Positions 1 to 9,946 of a stretch of 64,000 nucleotides of DNA are shown here, in pieces; positions within the stretch are counted from its first letter, which is position 1, and every line of letters starts with the position of its first letter. The notes beneath the pieces were generated by a model. The model saw only the letters and a list, made by a program, of their open reading frames with translations, had not been told where the DNA came from and ran no database searches. The translations under genes were made by a program, and so were the position numbers. The stretch lies in the NCBI GenBank assembly GCA_964599455.1, contig CAZREA010000001.1, forward strand, positions 71,687 through 135,686. The letters run 5' to 3'. Origin of the DNA: an uncultured Gammaproteobacteria bacterium. Lineage in GTDB: Bacteria; Patescibacteriota; Patescibacteriia; UBA9934.

Positions 1-899
1 TCTTTCGTAGACATTTTTTGTTTGGTTACGGGTTGTAACTCAAGAATCTCAAGAGCATTTGTTGCGGTTCCGAAAAAGAGACGCTTGTTTTCGATTACGA
101 GTTTTCCTGGCTGAAGTTTTCGATCGGTGTACGCAAGTTGATGTATCTTTACTTCAATTTTTGCACCATCTTGGAGAATAAATGCGGTTGAAAGTCCAGG
201 CCACGGGGTGTAGGCACGCAGCTTTTGCTCAATGACTTCAGCCGGTTCTTGCCAGTTGATGCGTCCATCTTCACGAGAGAGGAGTTTGCAATAGGTTGCT
301 TGCGGGTGATTTTGTTCTTGAGGAGTAATGGCACCTTGAGCAAGCTTTTTCAGCGTTTCTAAAAGAAGCGGAGCGCCAAGATTGATCACCTTTTCGGTTA
401 ATGATGGCGTCGTTTCGTTTTTTGTGAGAGGGAAGCGTATTTGTGCCAATAGAGGTCCATGATCCATTTCGGCATCAATAAGCATAATGGTGATGCCCGT
501 TTCGTTGTCACCATGAGCGATGGCTGCTTGCATGGGTGAAGGGCCACGCCACTTCGGCAAGAGTGAGGGATGTACATTTATGTTCCCTAAACGAGGGATA
601 TCAAGAATATGCTGAGGGATAATGCGACCGTAGGCAACGATCACAAAGGCATCGGCATTGAGTGTGCGAAGTGATTCGGCGAAGGCGGGATCTTTGAGTT
701 TGGTTGGCTGGAAAACGGGACGATCGGAATGGCGGGTAAGAAAGGTTTGTTTTGTTGCCGGAGGGGTGAGGATCTTTTTTCGTCCTTGCGGTTCATCGGT
801 CTGACAAACAAGACCGACAACAACAAAAAAAGGATCATCAAGCAGTGCTTGTAAAAAAGATGCAGAAAATGCAGGCGTACCAAAATAGATGACGCGCAT
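1..899 (-). CDS. fmt: methionyl-tRNA formyltransferase (3' end runs off window)
   Basis: Manual translation of the minus strand from the ATG at 897-899 gives MRVIYFGTPAFSASFLQALLDDPFFVVVGLVCQTDEPQGRKK...HPSLLPKWRGPSPMQAAI..., a typical Fmt N-terminal domain. There is no in-frame stop before position 1, which is why it is absent from the ORF track. It lies immediately downstream of def, the classic def-fmt pair. Confidence 0.85.
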   Translation of the reverse strand, partial: MRVIYFGTPAFSASFLQALLDDPFFVVVGLVCQTDEPQGRKKILTPPATKQTFLTRHSDRPVFQPTKLKDPAFAESLRTLNADAFVIVAYGRIIPQHILDIPRLGNINVHPSLLPKWRGPSPMQAAIAHGDNETGITIMLIDAEMDHGPLLAQIRFPLTKNETTPSLTEKVINLGAPLLLETLKKLAQGAITPQEQNHPQATYCKLLSREDGRINWQEPAEVIEQKLRAYTPWPGLSTAFILQDGAKIEVKIHQLAYTDRKLQPGKLVIENKRLFFGTATNALEILELQPVTKQKMSTK

Positions 900-902
900 A
901 GA

Positions 903-1382
903 TTATTTTCTTCCCCGAATTTTTTCAGCCCGATCAATAAATAGAATGCCGTCTAAGTGATCAATTTCATGCTGAAAAATAATCGCCAACAGATCGGTGG
1001 CATTGATGGTTTCTTCCACCCCTTGTTCGTTATAGGTTTTGACGGTCACGCTGCGATGACGCTTGACGATGCCTGAACATTCAGGAACCGATAAGCAACC
1101 CTCGGTGCCATTGATCATTTTAAATGATCGTTGCGTAATGACCGGATTAAAAAAAGCACGTGGACCTTGGTCGGGCGTGTCGACAATAATAATGCGTTTG
1201 TGAATGCCTACTTGCGGTGCGGCAATACCGATACCATCTTCTATAGCCATGGTTTCTTTGAGATCCTGCACAAACTGCTCCATGTCAGGCGTAGAAATTT
1301 CCGCAACCGCAATCGGCTGCGAAACAATACGCAGTTGTTCATTCGGTTCTTGAAGTACGGGGTAAGTCGCCATAGGGTCCAT
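903..1382 (-). CDS. def: peptide deformylase
   Basis: 159-aa ORF carrying the three PDF signature motifs GIGIAAPQVG, EGCLSVP and HEIDHLDG. Confidence 0.9.
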   Translation of the reverse strand: MDPMATYPVLQEPNEQLRIVSQPIAVAEISTPDMEQFVQDLKETMAIEDGIGIAAPQVGIHKRIIIVDTPDQGPRAFFNPVITQRSFKMINGTEGCLSVPECSGIVKRHRSVTVKTYNEQGVEETINATDLLAIIFQHEIDHLDGILFIDRAEKIRGRK

Positions 1383-3213
1383 CGAGAGTTAGGGTCCAGG
1401 AGGAGGGAAGTGAGCCGTAGAGGTCGGGTATACCCGACCCCTTGTTAGAAAACGAAGGAAAACGCAGAACAAATGTTTTTTTATCATCCTTCTCTTGTTT
1501 CTGTACGAGATAGGAATCCAATTCTTTTGGTAAATCATCTCCTTTTTTTGAGCTGAGATGCAGCTCATAACCAAATGGCGGTAAGCCATAGGTTTGCCGA
1601 AGATGAAATTCTTTTTCAAGAGCCTGTTCAACGGATAAGAAGTTGGTTATTTCATCCGGAAGCCAAGTTTGTGCGAGGCACTTTGCCTTTTGCCGATGGG
1701 CAAAGAAAGTGAGACGCAGGAGGTGACGAGCGGTATGTTCTTGAGCTCGGAAATTGAGATGATGAAGTGAAAGATCAGTAGCAAGATCAGCGACCAGGTC
1801 AAATTGCTGCTCCATAAACGGAACTGCAAGACTGGTAAAGAAATATTCTGTCGCAATCAAGATGTCAGCTGCCTGCCAATGGTCGTTTTCACCTTTTTGT
1901 GCAAGGGCAATGCGCGCATCAGGGAATGCTTGCTGCAGTGTGTGAGCGACTTTTTCTCCTCCCATGCCAACGTATTTGAGTGTGCGTTTTTGGCAAGAAG
2001 GGCAATGGTCTGGCACCCACATTTCAGCAAAGCATCGGTCACAGACCAAGTCCTCGGCGCGAATAGTAGGGATATTGCCACAAGTACCGCACAGAGGAAC
2101 GTAGCCGCAGGCGCTACACTGCAAGCGTCTGGCTACTCCTTTACGGTTAAGAAAGAGTAGCACCTTTTTTTGGCTCTGTAAAGCCATTTTTATCTCATTC
2201 AAGAGAGTGTTGGTGAGTAGGGGATTCGCCGTGCGTTCTTCTTTATTACGCAGATTGATGATTTGGGGAAAGGTAGTGGCATCAAGTCGCGTCAGAAGCG
2301 GATGAATACACGTGGACGTGGGTGTAGAGACGAGTCGCTGACTCGTCTCTGTCTTATCGACCAAGGTCATATACAGGTCCTCAGGTCGTGGCAACGGATC
2401 TATGTTGATCATGCGAGCCTGGTGTTGCTGGGCAAGAAGAAAAGCAGCCTCACGTGGATCAAAACGAGGATTGCGGCGCTGATTGGCAAATTCATCGTTT
2501 CCCGAACCAAGAACGAGTACATAGCCGAGTTGCCGAGGAAACCAAAGAGCCGCTTGTTTCGTGCCAACTAAAAGAGGAATCTGTCCGTTTCTCCAATCCT
2601 CACAGCGTTGCTTTCGTTGTAGTAATGAGGTCATGCCCGTCACTACGGAAGTGAGGTTTTGTGGAAGATAACTTGCAATACTTTCTGCATCTTTGTCATG
2701 GGGAACGAGAATGAACATTTGCTCTCCTTTTTTTAGTTGTTTTGCTAATCCTAATGCTAGCGCAATACCTACTTCGTTGTCTGCGGCTATTGATAAAAAT
2801 TGTTCATTACGTTGCAGAACATCATGAATAAACGCAATATCTTCCTGTGACAATCGTGCCTGTTGTTTTGTATAGCTGATTGTCCGAGATGTACGAGTGT
2901 TCTTTCTTTCTTCGGGAAGCGCGTAAGCGAAAAGTGAGCTGGGTGATTGAGCAATTATCCGGGCAATATGTTTAATACGCTCGATGTCTTGTGGGGTGAG
3001 ATAGGGTGTTTTCACTACGCGCTCAAGCGTGAGTAAGTTTTCTCTCTCATCTTGTTGTTCGACAACACCACAGACAATGCCGTGTAGTATTCTTCCACGA
3101 AACGAACAAAGAATAAGATCACCAACTTGTACGGTAAGGTGCTTAGGGATGAGAAAATCAAAAAAGGTGCAGTGACGAGGCAAGCGAGTAATCGGATATA
3201 CTCGTGCGATCAT
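1339..3213 (-). CDS. priA: primosomal protein N' (PriA) homolog with degenerate helicase ATPase motifs
   Basis: 624-aa ORF with a PriA-like layout and a Cys-rich zinc-binding insertion (CSACGYVPLCGTCG..CDRCF..CPSC). At the expected Walker A position the sequence reads IAADNEVGIALALG, with no GxxxxGKT. At the DEEH position it reads LVLGSGNDE. The 3' end overlaps the def start by about 44 nt. Confidence 0.7.
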   Translation of the reverse strand: MIARVYPITRLPRHCTFFDFLIPKHLTVQVGDLILCSFRGRILHGIVCGVVEQQDERENLLTLERVVKTPYLTPQDIERIKHIARIIAQSPSSLFAYALPEERKNTRTSRTISYTKQQARLSQEDIAFIHDVLQRNEQFLSIAADNEVGIALALGLAKQLKKGEQMFILVPHDKDAESIASYLPQNLTSVVTGMTSLLQRKQRCEDWRNGQIPLLVGTKQAALWFPRQLGYVLVLGSGNDEFANQRRNPRFDPREAAFLLAQQHQARMINIDPLPRPEDLYMTLVDKTETSQRLVSTPTSTCIHPLLTRLDATTFPQIINLRNKEERTANPLLTNTLLNEIKMALQSQKKVLLFLNRKGVARRLQCSACGYVPLCGTCGNIPTIRAEDLVCDRCFAEMWVPDHCPSCQKRTLKYVGMGGEKVAHTLQQAFPDARIALAQKGENDHWQAADILIATEYFFTSLAVPFMEQQFDLVADLATDLSLHHLNFRAQEHTARHLLRLTFFAHRQKAKCLAQTWLPDEITNFLSVEQALEKEFHLRQTYGLPPFGYELHLSSKKGDDLPKELDSYLVQKQEKDDKKTFVLRFPSFSNKGSGIPDLYGSLPSSWTLTLDGPYGDLPRTSRTE

Positions 3214-3956
3214 AACAGAAATTCCGCAACCACATAGCCGGCATCAAACGGAGATGAAATGCTACGAATTTCTGCACGCGTAGCAAAGCCATCAAGCATG
3301 CCAAAAAGAAGAGAGAGCGAACGATAACTGGCATCATTTTCATTTTCTTTCATCTCTGGTGCGAGTTTTAATAGGCTAGCGGTGCTTTTTTCTTCTAGGG
3401 TGATACGCATCGTTTCTAGATGAGCGACTGATACGTCACCTGTTGCAAGAATAGCGATGCGTTTCGAGCTTTCGCTCAAGACATGCTTCAGAGAAATACC
3501 GATATCGAAATGTTTTTTTGCATCAAATTGTTGTGCAGGAATAATAGGAACAATTTTTATTTTTGTCAGTCGTCGCGATAAGAAAAAAAGTGCTGAAGCT
3601 ACGCCAAAAGGAAGACTCGATTCAGTTGAAAGAGTGAGCGCTACGTCACGATGACGCGCGAATCGCTGCAGAGCATCAATAACCGAAAAGTCAGGATGAT
3701 AGCGAGCGACACTACTTAAATCACCGAATGATGATAGGTCAACGGTGTAGGGGTCGGCAACATCAATGCAGGTGGCGTCAGGATAGGCAAAGCGTGATTC
3801 TGTAATCACCACAATCGTTTCAATTTTTCGAGCATACCACTCATCGGCCAGCTCTTCGAGGGCGGTGACTGCTTCCTGTACCTCTGCTCGTTTGTGTTTG
3901 TTGACACTTTCAAGAAGAAGAGGAGAAGAAGGTGCGAATGCAGCGGTGATAAGCAT
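3210..3956 (-). CDS. hypothetical conserved protein
   Basis: 248-aa ORF in operon-like continuity with priA (4-bp overlap). I recognise no diagnostic motif. Confidence 0.4.
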   Translation of the reverse strand: MLITAAFAPSSPLLLESVNKHKRAEVQEAVTALEELADEWYARKIETIVVITESRFAYPDATCIDVADPYTVDLSSFGDLSSVARYHPDFSVIDALQRFARHRDVALTLSTESSLPFGVASALFFLSRRLTKIKIVPIIPAQQFDAKKHFDIGISLKHVLSESSKRIAILATGDVSVAHLETMRITLEEKSTASLLKLAPEMKENENDASYRSLSLLFGMLDGFATRAEIRSISSPFDAGYVVAEFLL

Positions 3957-3963
3957 AGAAAAT

Positions 3964-5370
3964 CTAATTCACACTTGCCGCCTGCACCTCATCATCAATA
4001 GCGGTATCAAGGGTATCACCGAGCGGGTGGAGTTCAAGAACATTATCGGCAATGACCATGACGTTTTCCCAGGCATAGCCATATGACGTAAAGACCGATT
4101 CTGAGGCAATCGGCAAGCGTTCGCCATCGGCAATGACGTAGACCGCAGGTTCAGAGGGTGAACGTACAAGCACGCCATCAGGCAAGGTGACAGGTGATCC
4201 TTCTTTAAATTGTTCAATCTCAGTTGGCGTGGCAGCAGTTAATCGATATCCAGGGAAACGAATAGTAAGAAGCGTGGCATCAAAAAGCGGGTGACGTATA
4301 CCGTCTTGCACATAGAAAACTGCACCATTGGTAGAGAGTTGGTACAAAGCTCCTTCCGGAGCAATGGTTTTTAAGGTGATGCTGTCGCCCAGATCGTATG
4401 TAGCCCGATCTGTATTGCTAACTGAAACGATCTCATCTTCAGAGAAACCGATTTTGCGGAAGGTTTCCATGGAGTCAATTGGTCGTAGTGCATCATCGAC
4501 CAGTAAGAAAATAGTGCCATTTTCATCTTGTAAGAGTGAGTAGTTGGGGAAGGAAATGGCATCACCTTCGGGATAGCTTTCCAAAACGGTTTTGGAAACT
4601 TGGACAATCAAATCAGGATTAAAACGTGATCGCAATGCGCTTTCTGACGTGATAGGGCGTCGGTATCCATTCTGCAAAAGATACACACCCTCTTCTCCTG
4701 GCACTTGCATTAATGTTCCACTGGGATATTCGCGTCCAAACCATGTTTGCCACAAGTAGGCAAAGTTTTTGTTTCCATGTAGATGCGGTGTGTAGGCGTA
4801 TAACGCTGCAGTGGCCGCATTTTCTGGAGTCACCTTCTCGCCGTCGATGGTGACGGTGATGTCGGGGCCATATTTTCCGGCGGTGTAACCATGAGCGGCA
4901 ATATCGGTAAGGTAGCCTTCGGTAAATTGTAAGGCTGTGGAGTTGATTTGCTTGCCAAAACCTTGCCAACGCTGCACGGCTGGATCGTTCATGCTGCAAT
5001 CATCACAAACGCCATAGCCCATTGCCCAATCCAATTGCTTTTGCGTTGGATCTTCATCCTCAATCAAACTTTGTTCTTTTTGCAGCATGACAAGAAGTAC
5101 CTTCGGGTTGATGCCGTGATTTTGCGAGGCATACCAAATAATGTCCGCCGCCCAACGTTTTCGCCCCTCATGATCTTCCAGGCGCATAGAGCCCAGCGCT
5201 CCTCGAGTCGAAAGAAACGCACGAATTTGATTGAGGTCCATGCCATACGAGTCGGTCATCTCCTCATCGGAGATAATGTAGTTTGGATCAAAGGCCAGTG
5301 CTGAAGAAAAAGGGAGAAAAACCGTGGTTGCCAGAAGAAAAGCAGAAGATAATCGTTGGAGTCGGTTCAT
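3964..5370 (-). CDS. secreted hypothetical protein (signal peptide)
   Basis: The ORF has an N-terminal signal-peptide-like segment, MNRLQRLSSAFLLATTVFLPFSSALA, when translation starts at the internal Met (5370). The longest ORF starts at 5388. Confidence 0.5.
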   Translation of the reverse strand: MNRLQRLSSAFLLATTVFLPFSSALAFDPNYIISDEEMTDSYGMDLNQIRAFLSTRGALGSMRLEDHEGRKRWAADIIWYASQNHGINPKVLLVMLQKEQSLIEDEDPTQKQLDWAMGYGVCDDCSMNDPAVQRWQGFGKQINSTALQFTEGYLTDIAAHGYTAGKYGPDITVTIDGEKVTPENAATAALYAYTPHLHGNKNFAYLWQTWFGREYPSGTLMQVPGEEGVYLLQNGYRRPITSESALRSRFNPDLIVQVSKTVLESYPEGDAISFPNYSLLQDENGTIFLLVDDALRPIDSMETFRKIGFSEDEIVSVSNTDRATYDLGDSITLKTIAPEGALYQLSTNGAVFYVQDGIRHPLFDATLLTIRFPGYRLTAATPTEIEQFKEGSPVTLPDGVLVRSPSEPAVYVIADGERLPIASESVFTSYGYAWENVMVIADNVLELHPLGDTLDTAIDDEVQAASVN

Positions 5371-5524
5371 ACACGGAGAGTATAGCAAAAGCGGACCCTT
5401 GTGAGGAGATCGCGCATGTCATTGCGAGGTAATCCATGATTCTTTGAAGGTTGCCGAAGTAATCTCTGAGGACGTGCAGTTACCTCTTCACCTGATTCTT
5501 TTTTCCTGCTACGCTATTCCCACT

Positions 5525-6031
5525 ATGCATCTCTCTATTGGTTCCAAGGCACCGGATGTGTGCCAGGTGGTTATCGAGGTTCCTAAGGGTAGTCAGAATA
5601 AGTACGAATTCGATAAGGAGCAGGGAATTGTGAAGCTTGATCGCGTGCTCTTTGCACCGATGTTCTATCCGTGCGATTATGGGTTTTTCCCGGAAACGCT
5701 GGGTGGTGATGGTGATCCACTCGACGCACTCGTAATGGTGACGAACCCACTTTTTCCTGGTGTTGCCGTTGATGTTCGCCCTATCGGTGTGCTGATCATG
5801 AGTGACGATAAAGGTGAAGATGAAAAGATTTTGGCGGTTGCCAAGGATGACCCACGCTTTAAACACATTAATGATTTACGTGACGTGACTGAACATTTCA
5901 AAAACGAAATTTCCTTTTTCTTCCAATACTACAAAGTACTCGAAAACAAGAAGGTCGTTATCGAAGGCTGGAAAGATGCGGCAGAAGCAAAGCGTTTGAT
6001 CGTGGAAGGCATGGAACGAGCGAAGAAATAA
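5525..6031 (+). CDS. ppa: inorganic pyrophosphatase (family I)
   Basis: Starting at the ATG at 5525 the protein reads MHLSIGSKAPDVCQVVIEVPKGSQNKYEFDKE...DYGFFPETLGGDGDPLDALV, matching family I PPase active-site motifs. The longest ORF, from TTG 5444, adds an unlikely 27-aa extension. Confidence 0.9.
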   Translation: MHLSIGSKAPDVCQVVIEVPKGSQNKYEFDKEQGIVKLDRVLFAPMFYPCDYGFFPETLGGDGDPLDALVMVTNPLFPGVAVDVRPIGVLIMSDDKGEDEKILAVAKDDPRFKHINDLRDVTEHFKNEISFFFQYYKVLENKKVVIEGWKDAAEAKRLIVEGMERAKK

Positions 6032-6032
6032 T

Positions 6033-6062
6033 AAAATCCCCCGAAGCTTCGGGGGATTTTAG
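6033..6062. terminator. bidirectional rho-independent terminator hairpin
   Basis: The sequence aaaatcccccgaagcttcgggggatttt forms a GC-rich stem of 9 bp with flanking A/T tracts. It sits between the convergent ppa and desaturase-like genes. Confidence 0.7.
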
Positions 6063-6763
6063 ATCTCATCACTTTTCGGCATGATCGGTGAGAGCAAGCG
6101 TTTGGTCTGCGGGAAGAAATGTATTTTATTGAGCAAGGGATTGAGCCAGCCGGTGGTGATACAGAAATCGCTGGTGTAGGGAGCGGTGTGATGAAGTTGG
6201 TGATGTGTGGGTGAAAGAATGAAGTGGTGTTTTTGTAACCAGGCAATTGATGCGGGTGCTTTATCGAGGTGCGCCCATTTGTGGAATTGATTGGTCGCGA
6301 AAATGCCGAGAATAAACACCAGTGCCGTTAAAAAGAACCAGGCTCCCCAACCATTCTGCAAGGCAGATTCCGGAACCAAAAAGACAAGTGCAAGAAGAAC
6401 GGGAAGACTGGCAAAACAATTATGCCCATTTGTTTCAATAAAACCATGTCGCGTAATATCTTTTTCATCAACGTGATGTTCTCGGAAAGGCTCCACAAAG
6501 AATGGACCAAAGATTGGTGTGGAACGACTGCCAAACGTATCTCCTAGAAAGTGTACAAACCCTGACGTAAAATCTGCCAAAAGATAACCGATGATGATAG
6601 CGCTAAGGACAGCGATCCAATCAAGTGGTTGATCACTGACAAAAACATAAGGAATGACGTACAGCAAACGAATAAAAGCCCAGATCACTAAAGCGAAAAA
6701 GGCAAAAATAGCAGCTGCATCAACGATAAGAATCCATTTGGGATGTTTCATAGCCAAAGGCAC
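6059..6763 (-). CDS. membrane His-box lipid desaturase/hydroxylase family protein (CarF/TMEM189-like)
   Basis: 234-aa polytopic ORF with histidine boxes HFLGD, EHHVDEKD, HKWAH and HHQLHH, typical of membrane di-iron desaturase/hydroxylase families. Confidence 0.5.
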   Translation of the reverse strand: MPLAMKHPKWILIVDAAAIFAFFALVIWAFIRLLYVIPYVFVSDQPLDWIAVLSAIIIGYLLADFTSGFVHFLGDTFGSRSTPIFGPFFVEPFREHHVDEKDITRHGFIETNGHNCFASLPVLLALVFLVPESALQNGWGAWFFLTALVFILGIFATNQFHKWAHLDKAPASIAWLQKHHFILSPTHHQLHHTAPYTSDFCITTGWLNPLLNKIHFFPQTKRLLSPIMPKSDEI

Positions 6764-6783
6764 GGAAATTTCCGTGCCTTATC

Positions 6784-9411
6784 TTACTTGATTTTGATAT
6801 CAATGTCATCTTTTTTGGCGTCGATGGTAACAATAGCCTCTTCGGGTACATCGCTTTTAATAATATGCATGGCCAAAGGGTCGAGCAGGAGATTTTGAAT
6901 AACCCGTTTTAGCGGGCGAGCGCCGTAATGCGGATCAAACCCTTTTTGTGCCAAGAGTTTTTTAGCTTTCTCGGTAATTTTTACGGTAATACCTCGATTT
7001 TCTTTGAGACGTTTGCTGACAAGCTCCAATTGCAGTTCAACCACTTGACCAATTTGTTCTTGGGTAAGGGGATGGAAAACGATCGTATCGTCGACACGAT
7101 TTAAGAATTCCGGACGGAACTGCTCCTTCAGGAGTTCAAGAATTTTTTTCTTCATGGGGTTTTCATCCTGAGCTTCTGAGGTGAATCCGATACCGTCCAT
7201 TTTTCCGCCCGAAAGAATCATGTCGCTACCGATGTTCGATGTCATGATAATGATTGTATTTTTGAAGTTGACGGTACGACCCTTGGCGTCAGTCAGTCGA
7301 CCATCGTCAAGAATTTGTAATAGTGCATGGAAGATATCAGGATGCGCTTTTTCAATTTCATCAAACAGGAGTACGCTGTACGGTCGACGACGAACGATTT
7401 CGGTTAATTGTCCGCCTTCATCGTAGCCAATATATCCTGGCGGTGAACCAATCATGCGTGACACGCTGTGTTTTTCCATGTATTCGCTCATGTCTAAACG
7501 AATCAGCGCTTTCTCGTCATTAAACATGAATTCTGCCAGTGCTTTGGCGAGTTCGGTTTTCCCAACGCCGGTTGGACCCAGGAAAATAAACGAACCAATC
7601 GGACGTTTTTCTTCCGAGATGCCTGCGCGCGATCGGCGCAAGGCATTAGAAACGGCATTGATGGCTTCTTCTTGTCCCACCACACGTTTTTTGAGCTCAT
7701 CTTCCATGCGTGCGAGTTTTGCGAGCTCACTTTCGAGCATTTTGGAAACGGGGATATGCGTCCAACGTGACACCACCATGGCAATATCTTCCTCGGTAAT
7801 GACTTCTTTTAAGAGGCCGCGTTCAGCCTGAAAACGACGCAGTTCATCTTCGAGTGCAGTAAGCTTTTTTCGTCGTTCAGGAATTTGTGCGTAACGAATT
7901 TCAGCGACGCGTTCCAAATTCCCTCGGCGCTCTTCGTATTCGGCTTCATTGCCGAGTTTATCGATCTCGCCTTTGGTTTTACGAATATCAGCAATAAGAT
8001 TTTTTTCATTTTGCCAACGTAATTCTAAATCGCGACTTTTTTCATTGAGGTCAGCCAATTGCTTCTCGATTTCCTTTAGTCGTTCTTTGGCCTCTTTATC
8101 ATCTTCTTTTTGCAATGCTCGCTTTTCAATTTGCAACTTTGTTTCCTCACGCTTAAAGCGATCAAGTTCTTCAGGCATTGAATCAATTTGCAAGCGCAAG
8201 GCCGACGCGGCTTCGTCAATGAGGTCAACGGCCTTATCGGGGAGTTGACGATCAGAAATGTAGCGCGTTGACAATTCAACGGCGGCCACGATGGCATTGT
8301 CAGAAATGCGCACGCCATGATGAATTTCGTAGCGCTCTTTGGTGCCACGCAGCATGGCAATGGCATCGCTCATCGAGGGTTCAACGACAAAAATCGGTTG
8401 AAAGCGACGTTCAAGTGCCTGATCTTTCTCAATATATTTTTGATATTCTTTGGTAGTCGTAGCACCGACGACGCGTAATTCACCGCGCGCAAGTGCGGGT
8501 TTCAGCAAGTTACTTGCATCCATGGGCGAGTCGTCACCTTTACCCGCACCGACAAGCATGTGAAGTTCGTCGATAAACAGCACGTACTTTCCCTCGGCTT
8601 CACGCACTTCTTTAATGAGCGCTTTCAATCGTTCTTCGAACTCACCGCGGAATTTTGTTCCCGCAATCAGCGAACCCAAGTCAAGTGAAACCACTTCACG
8701 ATTTTGTAATGTTTCAGGTACATCTCCTGCAACAATGCGCTGCGCTAAGCCTTCAACAATTGAGGTTTTACCCACACCGGCTTCACCAATCAGCACCGGA
8801 TTATTTTTGGTGCGGCGGGAAAGTACTTGCATCACACGGCGAATTTCTTCATCACGTCCAATAATAGGATCAAGTTTACCGTGTCGAGCACGTTCGGTAA
8901 GATTCAGACAATATTTTTCAATGGCTTGATACTTGGCTTCAGGTTCGGGGGAATCGACTTTTTGACTGCCACGAAGTGCTTTGAGCGCATTGAGCATCGC
9001 TTCTTCATGTACATCAAATTGTTGCAGCAAATCTCCGGTTAAGCGATCAGACAATAAGCCCAGAAATAGATGCTCGGTGCTGACATACTCATCACCAAAT
9101 TGTTTCGCTTTTTGACCGGCTTGTTGCAAAACGGTTGCCATCGATGGTGCCAGCATCACTTGTCCAACTGTACCTCGATCCACATCGGCATGCCGAGGAA
9201 GTGATTGCAGAAGCCGTTCAATATCACCGCGCAAAGCCGAGAGAGGAACCTCCATTTTTTTGAGCATGGTAATAACAAAACCGTCTTCTTGACTCAGCAG
9301 TGAGGCTAAAAGGTGTAGTGGCTCAACGCCATGTTGTCCGTTATCATTGGCAACAAACTGTGCTCGTTGAATAGCTTCTTGAGATTTAGAGGTAAAATTG
9401 TTGGGAATCAT
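6784..9411 (-). CDS. clpB: chaperone ATPase ClpB
   Basis: 875-aa ORF with a Clp N-domain, two AAA modules (GEAGVGKT and GPTGVGKT Walker A) and a long middle coiled-coil, the ClpB architecture. Confidence 0.95.
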   Translation of the reverse strand: MIPNNFTSKSQEAIQRAQFVANDNGQHGVEPLHLLASLLSQEDGFVITMLKKMEVPLSALRGDIERLLQSLPRHADVDRGTVGQVMLAPSMATVLQQAGQKAKQFGDEYVSTEHLFLGLLSDRLTGDLLQQFDVHEEAMLNALKALRGSQKVDSPEPEAKYQAIEKYCLNLTERARHGKLDPIIGRDEEIRRVMQVLSRRTKNNPVLIGEAGVGKTSIVEGLAQRIVAGDVPETLQNREVVSLDLGSLIAGTKFRGEFEERLKALIKEVREAEGKYVLFIDELHMLVGAGKGDDSPMDASNLLKPALARGELRVVGATTTKEYQKYIEKDQALERRFQPIFVVEPSMSDAIAMLRGTKERYEIHHGVRISDNAIVAAVELSTRYISDRQLPDKAVDLIDEAASALRLQIDSMPEELDRFKREETKLQIEKRALQKEDDKEAKERLKEIEKQLADLNEKSRDLELRWQNEKNLIADIRKTKGEIDKLGNEAEYEERRGNLERVAEIRYAQIPERRKKLTALEDELRRFQAERGLLKEVITEEDIAMVVSRWTHIPVSKMLESELAKLARMEDELKKRVVGQEEAINAVSNALRRSRAGISEEKRPIGSFIFLGPTGVGKTELAKALAEFMFNDEKALIRLDMSEYMEKHSVSRMIGSPPGYIGYDEGGQLTEIVRRRPYSVLLFDEIEKAHPDIFHALLQILDDGRLTDAKGRTVNFKNTIIIMTSNIGSDMILSGGKMDGIGFTSEAQDENPMKKKILELLKEQFRPEFLNRVDDTIVFHPLTQEQIGQVVELQLELVSKRLKENRGITVKITEKAKKLLAQKGFDPHYGARPLKRVIQNLLLDPLAMHIIKSDVPEEAIVTIDAKKDDIDIKIK

Positions 9412-9417
9412 AGAAGA

Positions 9418-9444
9418 TTAGCACTCTCAATTATAGAGTGCTAA
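9418..9444. promoter_or_regulatory. CIRCE operator (HrcA binding site) upstream of clpB
   Basis: TTAGCACTC-tcaattata-GAGTGCTAA is a perfect match to the CIRCE consensus TTAGCACTC-N9-GAGTGCTAA, 7 nt upstream of the clpB start codon. Confidence 0.85.
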
Positions 9445-9511
9445 AAAGATTTGTAAAGTCCAAAACACACAAGTTGCTCTCATCTCTATTTTACGCTAAT
9501 ATTGGCCGAGT

Positions 9512-9946
9512 ATGCGTTTATGGATGTTTACAACTCTTTTTATCCTTTTCGTTCTCGGCTTGCATGGTTTGGCTGAGCTATATTACTGGTACTATTTTTT
9601 GTGGTGGTATGACGTCATGATGCATTTTTTGGGCGGTGTTGCCATGGGTTTTGTCGGCGGGACATTGTGGTTTTGGCTTTATGAGGAGAAGCGTCCTGCT
9701 CAGGGAAAGATGCGTTTTTTGCAATGTGTGTTTATTTTGGGATTTGTGGGATTGATTGGTATTGGTTGGGAATGGTTTGAGGCAGGCGCTGATACCATTC
9801 TTGTTCCTCTTTTTGATCTGCCTCGTTCTCAACCTGGTCTGATCGATACCATGCTCGATTTTTACTTTGATTTACTAGGTGGAATTATTGCGTTTGCGAT
9901 TGTGGTTCTTATAGAAAAGAAAGTTCTTTCTCAAAAATCGATATGA
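9512..9946 (+). CDS. hypothetical membrane protein
   Basis: 144-aa hydrophobic ORF rich in Trp and Phe. Its stop overlaps the start of the next gene (ATGA). Confidence 0.45.
   Translation: MRLWMFTTLFILFVLGLHGLAELYYWYYFLWWYDVMMHFLGGVAMGFVGGTLWFWLYEEKRPAQGKMRFLQCVFILGFVGLIGIGWEWFEAGADTILVPLFDLPRSQPGLIDTMLDFYFDLLGGIIAFAIVVLIEKKVLSQKSI

Noticed and set aside
1131-1448. Plus-strand 105-aa ORF and many other 60-140-aa ORFs antisense to def, priA, clpB, atp genes, the helicase and others
   Set aside because: These are shadow ORFs inside well-supported genes on the opposite strand. They are Arg/Ser-rich low-complexity translations typical of antisense frames.
3210-3956. Possible MEMO1/LigB-like assignment for the 248-aa ORF after priA
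   Set aside because: I could not find the HAGY-type N-terminal motif or other diagnostic residues. It is left as hypothetical.
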